Source: Phoronis australis
Lineage: Eukaryota; Animalia; Phoronida
Length of the DNA: 64,000 nt
Reading direction: 5' to 3'
Assembly: GCA_002633005.1 (NCBI GenBank)
Contig: NMRA01000080.1
Location: 911,202 to 975,201, forward strand
Shown: piece by piece, positions 39,101 to 49,192 of the stretch
Layout of the letters: every line of letters begins with the position of its first letter
Numbering within the stretch: the first letter of the stretch is position 1
Program-made: the position numbers and the translations under genes
Notes under the pieces: model-generated
The model's input: the letters and a program-made list of their open reading frames with translations, nothing else
What the model was told of the DNA's origin: nothing
Database searches by the model: none

Positions 39101-42100
39101 ACCAAATCTGTGCTCTTACAGAAGCAATGGCGTCATTATTCACTAGCGACAGTGGCAAAATTATCTGGTGTTATTTCCGGCAAGTACGTCGTCTGCTAGT
39201 CATGATCGGCTGTTTGGTCGTCACAATACACTAACAGGAAACTGAAACGGATAATTTAGGAGAGTGACGCCTCCTCTAGGAAAGTACGCAAGAAAATGTC
39301 GGAGTTGCGAATCAGTTGTCTATAATCTGCGCTAGCACTGCACATTTGGTATTTTTGTGGCAAACTTAACCTTACCTCAATGACAACCTTGAGAAACAAT
39401 GGGTTACCGGTATTTTCAGATGACACTACTTTCTCTAGCTGGTGGTCTGAGAACTCCTTCCCTGAATCTTTCAATAGTTCCTTAAATGATAAAACGTTTA
39501 TATATCGATCACACTGATACAGTTTCAGAGTTGTACATAGTGCTGAAGGGTACCTTTCCGATCAGAAATAACTCACGCTGCAATTATATATTATTTCCTT
39601 GGGGTCTGTTAAATAATCGCATTTGTTCTGTTAGCCAATTGTTTTCACCCACATTTTCGCCAAATCCCATTAGGGAAGTTACTCTGACGCATTCTACGTT
39701 TGCTATGGACCGATTCGGATAGCAGCTTTACTGGTGGTCTCACATAAGTTACCGCTTATGCAAGATTATCGGATGTAATACAGTATATACTTACTACACA
39801 CAATTCCCTCCTCTCGTCGACATTGAGAAGCTCCATATGCATCACAGTGTAGTCCCGGTCTTTGGTCAGAACGTTGATGCGCTCTTCATCGTCCGTTGTT
39901 GTTGACACAAACAGCCTTACATTGGTTGGAAAAGTTCGAGGTAACCAGAACAGGGCCTATGATTACAAATGAACCTATTATAAGGATGTGGCAATGCTAA
40001 AATACAATGCTTTCTATCACAACATAGAAGCATGTGGCCAATTGCATGACATATTCCCAAAGTGATGGGACGCATCTAAGTCTTAGTTTCGATGCATAAA
40101 AGTCAGTATATTTATGACAGCCAATTAGGGTCGGAAAATGTAAACAGTTGCGATCGCCCACCAACTTCGACCACAAACATTTGTTGATAACGAGAGCCTA
40201 AAGATGGTTGTTCGATGAGCCTGGGACACTTAAAATGCAGGTCAATGATTTACGAAAAGCAAACGATGAAACAGAGCTTGCAGGTTAAAAATCATGGATT
40301 ACGTTCTAGTTACGATCAGCTGAAAACACGTCGTGGAATATAAGTCAGAATAAACAATTTCAATAGCCAGACTGAAAGTGTTACTCCTGCCAACCGCAGT
40401 GGAAACTCACGGCGACCACGCCCTCAGAAAGGTTAATAGATTATTGAGGGATAGATATGCCCCACCAGTTATTTGCCCTACGTGTTAAACACCCCGGATT
40501 ATCAACATTTTTAAATGCCGGTTGACGAGTTTCGTCCTCTTACCAGTCAACGCAAATTCCATAGTCTTAGCTGAGCGATTGTCACGATTTTTTGCAGGCA
40601 CCTCAATGCAAATATTAACCGTCTCCTACAGCCCTAGAATCCATATAGCTGACAAGTAGGTTCCTCCTCGGACATGACCATTCGAAACGTCCTCGGGCTA
40701 TCATGAAGGTTTTGCTTTGGAAATCATGTTCCCTGACCCAAATCAGCCAATGGTTCAACCCCTCCCTACCAAATTAATTGCTCTTTCTCTCTCGGTCCTC
40801 CGTTGTCGCAAATGTCAAACTTGACACTGAGTGACCCAGGTTACATTTAGAGAAGTAAGGGCCTCCCCTGGTCCAGCACTCCGATAGTGGGACGTGTCTT
40901 ATCAACAGCGTGAGGGCGGCACTAACGAAAGTTCGTGATTCTCGCCGTTGTTGAAAAGACATTCGTTGAGTTCATGGGCGATGAATACCAGTTAAAAATA
41001 TGTTTCAAACTGATACACGCTGCCATTAATCGAGTTGGACTTAGCTTCGCCAGCAGAGGCTTAGATTGCATCCGCCGGGATTGCACGTTTGATTCCGCTC
41101 TGAGACGGATTTCATAAAATTACTTTTCTTGCCGATGCTACTTTTATGAAAACCAACACAAGGGGCCCAATTATAAGTACTGAAAAGTTTTGGGGTGAAA
41201 AGCGAGGGATCACGACTTAACTCGGATGTTAACGGTTTCACAACTTGTTAAGTGGGTCAAGACCTACAGTTTGAGAAACTGGTAATTCCATTAATTTAAC
41301 GTTTGTAGTAATCGTCTGAAAAGGTTCATTGTAAGTGAAACATGCCGAAACAACCTAAAAGCCTTCACAAAGGCGAAAATATGTGTCGAGTGCGACACTA
41401 TGTGCAGTGAGCACCCTCAAATATTGACGCCCCCAATGTGATGAAAGGTAGGCTCAAGACGTAGTGCAAACAGCTATTGAACGTCAAGTAGTTCTTTAGA
41501 TTTTCCTAAAAGAAAAGAGACAATGATCGGCAAATCGTTCTAAGTTAAACGTTTAAATTTTGTAAAGTCATTGCGTTTTCGTTTGCAAGGAAAATTGGTG
41601 AATATTGCTATGACATAGCCTGAATCTTGAAAAAAGGTAGGCTACGACATTGACTGGGTTTGTGTCCGACTAGCTTATGACGGGGTTCTAAGCAAGAACT
41701 GGCAGATCGAAGAGATAAAACAGTGGCCGAAGTCTTGAAGTTACAGCGGGAATACATGCGCGCACCCAGCCTTCAATATGGGCGGGGGGCTCGAATTCCC
41801 GACGTTGTGGACCTTTTGCTAACAAAAGACCTAGCGGACAAAAAAAAACGGGAGCACCACTGCGCTTATTTAGTGGACTTTCTGTCCCATTTTCTCGGAC
41901 TTTTTGTCTCTCGGAAGCGGAGCTTTTTGCCCACTTCGCAAAATGTGGGGCTCCTTCGAGCCCCCCGAGCCCCCCCCGGGTGCGCGCATGGAATACTGTT
42001 TTGACGATTATGACTCTGATTTCATCAAGCACTCGGAGGTACTGGACTGGATAATCATCTGTTACCAAGCTTGCCCAAATTCTGAACCAATCTTTTTTAT

Positions 42101-44187
42101 GAACTCACTTCACCCGTTTTTCCCAGTTCAGTCAACTTTTCCAAACCGTCGATCACAATCACCACTTTCACGTTTTGTTGTGCAGCTTCTTGCAGTTTTG
42201 CATTGAATTCTCCTATAAGTCCGTTGACAGATGCGCCCACGTCGACCTTTAGAGGGCGCTCCGATTGCTCCGGTGGTTCCCTTCTCGTTCCAAGTTCATG
42301 CTGCAGCTCCGACGTCAGTCTTGACAAAATGGCAGTGTGCTCTATAAAACGTTATAATAAGTAGATAATAATCTTCGGCTGATCTGAGCAGAAGGAAGCG
42401 TGATAAGCAGACGACACCTGATACAACAAAGCGCTGATTTCTTGAGACACACCTCCGCAAGCATTAAGTATCACTACACTAAACTACGTAGGCCTACAGG
42501 GAAAGTTGCGCAGATTCGTTCAAATGTAAAAATTAATCCACGTTACAACAGTCAGTCAGTTGGTAGCTTGTGCTCATATTTACACGTATTTGCAGATATT
42601 TCGAATGAAGAATTTAAGTGAAGACATATACAGTGTATGTCTATGTTCATTGTATGCATGACGTCAGATGAAAAACCAACCTGTGCTGTCTGAGCTTGCA
42701 CCAATGAAATGGTAGATAAGTATGAAGTCCTGATCTGTTTGTTGTTGTATCCAGTTGCTGAAGAGAGCCGACTTGCCAATCCCGTGTTCACCAAGGACAA
42801 GTACTTTTTGACTGTCTTCTGCAACGGATTCGGTCATATATGGTGATAAACCACTGTGACGTAAGCCTGATCTTAAGACCCATAACAAGCACACCAACCA
42901 CGAATAGACAGTGGAAAAAAGCCTGCTATTCAGGCTCTTGTTTCAAAATCACACCTTCAGCGCCGTCTTTGAAATCGTGTTTTTTCGTGAGGGAAGGTGG
43001 GATCATAGCCATTTTAACCATGACCAAATGTATAATATGTAACTCTTGTAAAACTAAAATCTCATAATATTAGTTTGAAGAACTACGCGAATTGTGTAAA
43101 ATTGACGATTACGTCTCATGGGATCCGTTTGGACACAGGAGTAAAATAATACCGATTTTTCTTGTCTGCGGTTTGTTTTATTCATGCTGTAGAAGCTGTT
43201 GACACATTTTCGATTAACTATTTACGTGATGAAGGAGGATTTGAGAGGCTCAGGGGGCCTTGGCTCCCTCTCCTCGGCACGGATCCGTCAAGAAAAACGC
43301 CTCCATCACTCAGGTGCCGTTAACCCGGGCCGTGTGCCATCTTAGTTTCGCCAGCGCGTGAATGTAATTGACATTTAAAATTATACTCAGCTCGGTATTT
43401 TGACCAACTATGTAACTGCGACAGTCTGACATTTTGCGTGGACGTCATTCGCTCAAACAGACATTTCGCCTTAGTTGGAAAACGAAACATAGGCTATGAT
43501 CCAAAGACTGAGAGCTTCGCAATTACGTCTTAACTGAGTCGATATTCTGTATAAAACGGCAAACTGTACAAATTGTGGCAACACAATTTAGATTGGCGGT
43601 TCCAGCCGCAGTGTATATTCGCAAAGAAATCGTAGCCGTGGAAGACAAAACTATAGCTGTAAAAATTTCAAGCTCAATATTCATTTTCATACAACGGGAA
43701 TTATCACAGACGAGTACCAACCTGCATGTGTCCACTCATTTAATAAACTGATGTAACGTGTGCCTCCGACAAAATGCGAGCACAACTTTGTCAGAAAAGT
43801 AGTGTGAAGCGACCTCTCTCGCTGCCGTTCCGAAAGCTGTTTGTCGGGTTCTGCTAAAAGAACTTGAGTCAGATATCTCCATATACAATCGAACATGAAC
43901 TTGGCACCCTGCAAAATAATTGATTTCCGTGTCGGTCTGTGTTTCACTTGTCAAAGCATAAGAAACGAATGCTTTGTAAGTAAAGCAGTTTCAGTGAAAA
44001 CTGACATAACTAACAAAAACATTAAAACGCTTGCAAAATTCCTCAGGCATGCTGGAAGGCTTGCTGAGCATGCGCAGTGAAATCAAAGCAGTATCAGTTG
44101 CAATGGGCTTGTAAAAGGCCTGAGTAACACGTCGGCCTTCCTGCCTCAAGTACATATTTCACTAAGTTCCGACATCATTTCCCATTA

Positions 44188-44234
<47 letters not shown>

Positions 44235-47200
44235 GTTATTATTATTATTATTATTCACTGCATGAAATTGTATAAGCAAACGTTTGGACTATATCATTTT
44301 TAGCACATATGAAACTCTTTCTCTTTGCAGTTATGTTAAAAAATTACCTTTTATAGAGTTCCAAACTAAAAAGTGTAATACTTTCGTAAAGAATTTGATC
44401 TGAGAAGGCACCATTCGGTAGAGAATTTGGCCGTGAAAAATTCACCCATCTGAGTGACAATTCGCTAATCTACATAAAATATACCGTGTAATACTTCAGT
44501 CTATTGTAATTGTGAACTTTGGGTCTAGACTCACATCAATGCTTACTACTATGGTAATGGTTGAATTTGGTAATAACAATGGCAATGCTCTATACTCACC
44601 TGCTCAGGAGTGGGATACGTCAGATCTAAACCAATTAACTGAAATAGAAAAAATGATTCATTTTGATGGAAACAGCAAGAGAACAAGAGCAACGGAGTGT
44701 TGAAATGCATGCACGCCTGCACCGCCAATGTTATGCTCAGTTCTAGGGATGTTTATTAGTGTCGAAACAAGGCCAACAGGTGGCGTAGAACATGTCAAAT
44801 GGGTCCGAAAAAGGGACGACCTCGTCGTCTCCCTAACAGAAATTCCTTTGTCAAATTTAATGAAAATCTGTCGAGTAATTTAGTTGGAGATGAAGAGAAC
44901 AACGTAAAAATACTTATTGCCATTACGGGGCACAGTGGTAGTCGGACCCGTTAAAAAGAAGTTATAATACGTAAAGTGTCAAGTCCAACGAAAACAATTT
45001 GTCATATTTCAAAAAGATCCTGCAAGCGGTTTAGGAGATACATTATGAATGCACAGATAACGGCATATGAGTATTTAGGTGCATATAATGGATATCTAGA
45101 TATTGCGAGTTGTAATCATCCATGTTTACTTAATACAGCAGTTGTGCGTTGGATTTCGTCTGCAAGAACGGAAATTTCCATAAACAAAAGCAAGCGATTG
45201 CTTGGATTTGATTTCGTTCAAGGAACTTTGGCAAGTTTTAGGGAAATTCACAATGACATCTGGTGTGCCTTAGGCCTAACAGACACGTCTTGGTTGAGCG
45301 TGAAAAAAATAACTGTTTCGACCGTGAGAAAAGAATACACATTTACAGGTAATACATGGTCGAAATCTTCTGTTGCGCTCTCAGGAAGAAGGGGTGTTTT
45401 AGCTTATGTTCAAAACTGCTTCTTTGCTTCTTTCCCATTATACACAGTATGAAAGTGCGTTCCTACGACAATGCCAATGGTATATACCACGTGACCATTT
45501 TATTGTTTTGCTTAAAATCGGTCATTGGTGACACTTCGCAAATTCCTTGGTCCTATTTTGCATTTTAGGAACTCCATAAGATGCTGTTACGTACGTGAAC
45601 GTGATTTGGGGCCCAATTACAAATTAATTCACCCTACTGCTGCATCAACACAGGCTTAGCAAGGGAGAAGAAGCCGGTAACGGAAGGTGACGACGAAGGA
45701 AGTTGGAGGCAAACGTTTGAAATGACTATGACAAGAAGTTGATGGCAAACACGGGCTGATACCGTTATACTCTGCTCAAAGTGACAATAATCCAACCAAT
45801 AGTATTGTATGATAGCAAATATTACTTTGTCTTGCGTTTCTTCAACTCGTCGCTTTAAGTCATCCATGCGCTGTGTTGCTGTTTCACTCTCGGATGAATA
45901 TTTATAAAGCCCCTTCTTCGTCGCTGTTTTCATTTTGTCGTCCCAACACTGAAAATTTACAACACGTCATTTCAAATGACCAATTACGAAACAAAACACA
46001 GTTATCTTCCCATGTGCTTATGTATTGTATTTGTCATTGTTGTTCATAGCTACACGTACCTCGGTGATTTAAGAGAGAGATCCCGAGGGTACTACCAGGT
46101 CATATGGGCCTTGGAAGCGCGACGTTGCCAAAGTTATCCGTGTCTGTTTTATTGCACAGCCAGTGATGCTCCTTCCCTCTGTCTCGTATTAGATTGGCAC
46201 GTTTTGTCCTGCTTTAATGCACTGTCATCGTTTGTTTGTGGTGTGTGGTTTCTGCGGCATGCAATTGGTCAGCTCAAAAAATAGCGACATCTGACATCTG
46301 GCCTCATGAATAAAAAGTGCTTTTCCACGGCAGCTTGGTCAAAATCACCCTAAAGTTGAAGTTATCATTCTGCCGCGTGTCAATTAATCAGAGAAAATAA
46401 GCATCCGTGGTATAGGCAACGATATCCAATCAGCACTGGTGGACTGGTGCAAATACAAACGTGTAGGGTTCTTCTTTGTTGCTCACGATTATTAACAAGA
46501 GAGAATAGTAAAAAATCTCCAGCCTAGTAGAGTAAGCCTGTGCAGGGTTTTAACACTCACCTTGTCCCTGAAGGCGATGCACGCTGGTAGTACACCCGGC
46601 TGGTTGAGATGGCCGTGTAGGAATTCCAACTCAGTAACACTTCTGTCTCTGAACTTATCTAGCCATGGGTAGCGGTCCACTGCATTGTTGAAGTTACGTT
46701 GCAACGCCTCGTCTTCGGCGCCATGCCATCCGTACCGCTGAATAAACAGGCTCAATATCAGAAATATTGTTTTTTCAAAAAAGTGACAAGCGTTTTGCAG
46801 GCGCAGGCGCATTTGCTTCAAAAAGAGGAGCAGACGGTTATCCGTTGTTACTATGTATGCACGCTGGTCAGTGGGCATTTTCGTAGTGTAATATTTGTGT
46901 AGTACTCTTCACCCAGGTAATACTGAATTAACGTTAATATCTACCGTATGGTAATACATAAATCAAAAACCACTCTTACTGTTTTGACAGGATTTTCTCA
47001 AGTCTTTTTGATCAGTAGTGTTTGCGTAGCAATAACTCAGTTTTGAGCATAACAGCATGTACAGTAAACAATAATAAAGTTTCTCTTGATGAAATCTGTA
47101 CCTGACCAAAGAAACCGACAAACATGTCGGAGCGATCAAGTTCCCTTAGACAGATCTTGACAACTTGTGCGCTGTCGGCTGCTTCTTTTGTTATACCCCA

Positions 47201-49192
47201 TCGCATGTCCACAGCGACAAACTGAAGACCTTTGGAATTGCCTAAAATAAAACGTCAGGCATATAAGCATATAAGAAGTTATGTATTTTCTTTATGTCAA
47301 ATGATTTATCAAGCCGACGTTTACATTAACTGCATGAAGTTCTGTCCTCTGTGTCATCAAAAGGATTCAACCATTGCAACACTGACTGTGATCCAAACGG
47401 CAAGGACGCTGACGTCACTTCACTAGTGTCGCAAGGGTAGTCAGACGTCAAGTCGCTTCCGTTTAGATGTCAGTGTTCAACTTTTAAACAAAGCGCTTTA
47501 GGACTTTGAAACATTGCCACACTCAACGCATCTTGAATTGGGACAGCATGAGCAGGCAATTTTTAAAGTTGCAGACTCCGTAATCAATTTCCCAATTTTG
47601 ATAAGTGGACAATCTCAATAAACTGTGAGACATTTTCCTGAGTTGCTGGTAGCTTAGAAGTTCTTTCGCTAATGGAAAGGTGGTCCTATCACTTTAAGGA
47701 ATGTCATAAGACCGATTTCTAAACTTAACTACTTAAAGGTAGCTAAGCTCATGTTTTGTTGTTTCTGCAGTTTTATTAATAGCCAGGTCAACAGTAATTA
47801 ATGCTGAAAACGCCAATAAGCTCTAAACAGAAATCAGTAAACGTAACACTTTCCTTGGGAAAGCGACCCCTACCGCAAGTTTAGATTCGTCATGATACGA
47901 CCGGACCCGTCATTAGAAAAAGGGACAAATTTTTAGCTTTTGCGTTGTACGGCTGTTTGTGATTGTTCGCAAAGAATCTGCTGACAAGCGTTAAACTGAC
48001 AAAATCGGTTTAACAGCCAAAAAAAAACGATTTTGGGGTTTATTTTAGTACAATTTACTCCTTGAAATTAAAAGCAGTCTGCTGTGTTTTTTTTTGATTT
48101 TAAGCAGTTCTGTGTTTTTAGACATCATTGATACCTGATCTCTAAAACTACATGTCTGGCAAAGTGATGCTGAGAGTGCAGCCAGAAGGTCACGTGGTTC
48201 AACAGCGAGAGAAGTGAAGTGTGATCTGGCTCAGCAAATTATTGAGAAACTAAAAGCAAAGAAAAACACAGTTCACGTATGGACGTATATGTTGTATCGA
48301 AGACTGAGCCGGTGATGTCTTCAAAGTATGTCAGTGCGCGAAGAAAGCAACCCACTTCTTTACATGCATATCACATTAGTTTGAAGCCGTTCGACAATGA
48401 TTGTTCAACCTCAAACCAGTTTGTTGACATTGGAAGTCTCAGCACAATCGATTGAACACGCCCACGTCCTTACACACGTAGTAAACAAAGAAGCAGTCGC
48501 ACACATTGGGTACTCGAAATTAAAGCCCATCAGCCTACGATGTACCGACTTCGTACATGTGCAAGGCCTCTCGAGTCTCTGAAGGAGGGTGATGAGGACC
48601 AGGCGGCGCCCGATAAACAGATCATTGTGGGAGCTTCTGTCTGCATTCAGTACCGGCTTTCGGGAACGCTAAAAATCGTGAACTAAATCCACGCACCCAG
48701 TTTTAATTCAGTAAAACCATTTTTCTGGTGGAATAAAACGTAAATGGAAGATCTTTGGGTAGGTGATGCGTCACCTTCTGGATTGGTTGAACACTGAATG
48801 GCCGGTCAATCCGTTGAATATGATACTTGTTGTAGATCAATTCACGTTTTGACAAACCAGAACCCATTAAAAAGCTACTGAGGCTAACGCACGAGCAATT
48901 TCGTCTCACCAGCCCACAAACCTGGTTACCCATGGCCCCACTACAACAGTTACCGTGCACACAACGCCTAGCTCGAACGTCACGGCTCACGCGACGAGCG
49001 TTCTGTAGTGGGTAACCTGAACAGCGACCAGTCAAACGTCAACTAGTTATTATACTCACACAAGTGGTGAATCTGTGGCCAGTAGCGCCGTGTTAACTCT
49101 TCTCTCTCCCCTTCCATTCCGTTGAAAGGGGATGAAAAAAATATCCGGCATATTTTGTCCTCCTTTAACCGGCTGCTGTAGTCATACGCCAT
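22766..49192 (-). CDS. 27-coding-exon gene for a DUF4062 - NACHT-like NTPase - TPR protein (NPHP3/TEP1-like STAND family), about 1,243 aa
   Basis: Hand-spliced exons all have AG/GT boundaries, consistent phases and a total of 3732 nt including the stop. Motifs: CRIFFSSPF..EREEL, DMRWGIT, FVGFFGQRYG, SVTELE (DUF4062); Walker A GEHGIGKS; Walker B VVIVIDGLE; FWLP..FP; GNPLFL; six kinesin-light-chain-type TPRs. The start is probably ATG 49192 (ataATGG); 49228 is an alternative, and an in-frame TGA lies just upstream. Confidence 0.88.
23436..23660 (-). CDS. coding exon 26 (TPR-like helices)
   Basis: TLERTLYPKYGHSKIGRFQDGYVLVSKLCREHPDDETLHIHAAMLCMSLGNVQDGLVHCNAIQEKHGDSPELMKQ|gtcatt. Confidence 0.82.
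23807..23942 (-). mobile_element. palindromic MITE family C
   Basis: TIR TTCAG.AAC.CTAGGACCTCGCTAAAA; homologous to the copies at 55362-55650. Confidence 0.72.
24143..24198. repeat. (AAT)n microsatellite
   Basis: Seen directly in the sequence. Confidence 0.95.
24227..24411 (-). CDS. coding exon 25
   Basis: (G)FKTLFASYLAAIKPLGTEERIKNHVVNDMLIDMAGHCEELEKLDMLVDILEYGLTLYPEDE|gtacta. Confidence 0.82.
25689..25759 (-). CDS. coding exon 24
   Basis: tttttag|(R)LPGSNILVTYKCKKDLIPNNDMK|gtaggc; supplies the phase 2-to-1 change needed between its neighbours. Confidence 0.8.
27156..27396 (-). CDS. coding exon 23
   Basis: ttacag|(F)DHLVQKNCYHMGLPFFHQWMVNHFLNNNQLDKARRILPHL...PELSIEAGLT|gtaata. Confidence 0.84.
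27595..27700 (-). mobile_element. MITE family A copy (internally deleted)
   Basis: CATGGGCGACGC...GCGCCGCCCACG with a perfect 5-bp TSD TGTAA. Confidence 0.8.
28535..28600 (+). mobile_element. degenerate tRNA-derived (SINE-like) head
   Basis: A-box-like TCAGTGGTTAAAGCGC, loop CTGACAA, decayed B-box AGATTCTAAGCCTG; no intact acceptor stem. Confidence 0.4.
28877..29133 (-). CDS. coding exon 22 (TPR5-6)
   Basis: ALDIKINAVGMKHVTLSVSYMNLALIEFLKKNLQKSYEY...ESLALALFRLDRYEEAEPYFWTV|gtacgt. Confidence 0.9.
29499..29617 (-). CDS. coding exon 21 (TPR4)
   Basis: LTQECNLGQLNTAVAEAMTNLGLSYRRLMRLDEAEDMYL|gtaagc. Confidence 0.92.
30302..30466 (-). CDS. coding exon 20 (TPR2/3)
   Basis: SEDTFKEYIDEVNRTDVGQVEKAKLLNTAYQNLGVLYMRNKRNQESTEAMEIALK|gtaagg. 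Confidence 0.9.
31739..31817 (-). CDS. coding exon 19 (TPR2)
   Basis: tttcag|(R)HGDNEGWLRALHGLAVTYLHLHEHQK|gtaaaa. Confidence 0.86.
32536..32569. repeat. perfect 16-bp-stem hairpin
   Basis: AAGATGTTGTTTAATT-AA-AATTAAACAACATCTT. Confidence 0.85.
32615..32757 (-). CDS. coding exon 18 (TPR1)
   Basis: ENCQNVSQDFYENNYYNVMYALGTLLADTGRLEESETILKQVIEGQR|gtaaaa. Confidence 0.9.
34352..34447 (-). CDS. coding exon 17
   Basis: ccttccag|IYPYLQDLNLFMEMGGYHKGRYCVVQRMKQLL|gtaaat. Confidence 0.8.
34945..35184 (+). mobile_element. MITE family B (240 bp)
   Basis: TIR CATGCGCGCACCC / GGGTGCATGCATG with 5-bp TSD GGTAA. Confidence 0.85.
35555..35705 (-). CDS. coding exon 16
   Basis: tttcag|(R)NVYDLLHYWSIVETDQMKLAEAFLQQMSAKEAEFYCAAVDDYGTPSVAEQ|gttggt. 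Confidence 0.84.
36175..36290 (-). CDS. coding exon 15
   Basis: tttcag|EFKKSHQSVPVYIAQLLPRLDCCKDVLLDLSIFQVLME|gtatgt. Confidence 0.82.
36495..36606 (-). CDS. coding exon 14
   Basis: (D)IAFSDLRSAIRQRYLATDEGLGIQRRRLSTFLRKQVK|gtaaga. Confidence 0.86.
37016..37155 (-). CDS. coding exon 13 (winged-helix-like region)
   Basis: VMCVLYIAEGRIQESDILSMYNIPSHVWSPLFFAMESVLVTRSGLL|gtgagt. Confidence 0.88.
37675..37759 (-). CDS. coding exon 12
   Basis: tttag|(S)TKELFTKFLSRLEADYNDTSITEDLVKQ|gtaatc. Confidence 0.88.
37811..38030. repeat. tandem duplication with a ~103-117-bp unit
   Basis: ATAAATTGACTCATGTT.CGCCTTG...GCAGCCATC.TGCCACCTGGTGA.TGGA occurs twice. Confidence 0.85.
38253..38320 (-). CDS. coding exon 11
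   Basis: cacag|ELRLFGYFFKLDQKIENLVESQ|gtaggt. Confidence 0.88.
38840..38910 (+). mobile_element. tRNA-like/SINE-like head
   Basis: B-box GGTTCGAAACC at 38890-38900 with an A-box-like AGCAGTTGAGTGG upstream. Confidence 0.4.
39376..39480 (-). CDS. coding exon 10 (GxP motif)
   Basis: ELLKDSGKEFSDHQLEKVVSSENTGNPLFLKVVIE|gtaagg. Confidence 0.9.
39795..39956 (-). CDS. coding exon 9
   Basis: ALFWLPRTFPTNVRLFVSTTTDDEERINVLTKDRDYTVMHMELLNVDERRELCV|gtaagt (not in the ORF track). Confidence 0.9.
41755..41990 (-). mobile_element. MITE family B (236 bp)
   Basis: Perfect TIR CATGCGCGCACCC / GGGTGCGCGCATG with 5-bp TSD GAATA. The interior is the reverse complement of the 34945 copy. Confidence 0.87.
42109..42341 (-). 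CDS. coding exon 8 (Walker B)
   Basis: EHTAILSRLTSELQHEL...QNVKVVIVIDGLEKLTELGKTGE|gtgagt. Confidence 0.92.
42681..42818 (-). CDS. coding exon 7 (Walker A)
   Basis: EDSQKVLVLGEHGIGKSALFSNWIQQQTDQDFILIYHFIGASSDST. Confidence 0.92.
43722..43908 (-). CDS. coding exon 6
   Basis: ttttgcag|GAKFMFDCIWRYLTQVLL...HTTFLTKLCSHFVGGTRYISLLNEWTHA|gttggt. Confidence 0.88.
44184..44255. repeat. (ATT)n microsatellite
   Basis: Seen directly in the sequence. Confidence 0.95.
44600..44638 (-). CDS. coding exon 5 (39 nt)
   Basis: tatttcag|LIGLDLTYPTPEQ|gtgagt, phase 0-0. Confidence 0.8.
45826..45948 (-). CDS. coding exon 4
   Basis: ttttcag|CWDDKMKTATKKGLYKYSSESETATQRMDDLKRRVEETQDK|gtaata. Confidence 0.85.
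46561..46737 (-). CDS. coding exon 3 (DUF4062)
   Basis: RYGWHGAEDEALQRNFNNAVDRYPWLDKFRDRSVTELEFLHGHLNQPGVLPACIAFRDK|gtgagt. Confidence 0.92.
47102..47241 (-). CDS. coding exon 2 (DUF4062)
   Basis: ttttag|(C)NSKGLQFVAVDMRWGITKEAADSAQVVKICLRELDRSDMFVGFFGQ|gtacag. Confidence 0.92.
49060..49192 (-). CDS. coding exon 1 (DUF4062 start)
   Basis: MAYDYSSRLKEDKICRIFFSSPFNGMEGEREELTRRYWPQIHHL, donor GTGAGT, phase 1. Confidence 0.88.
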
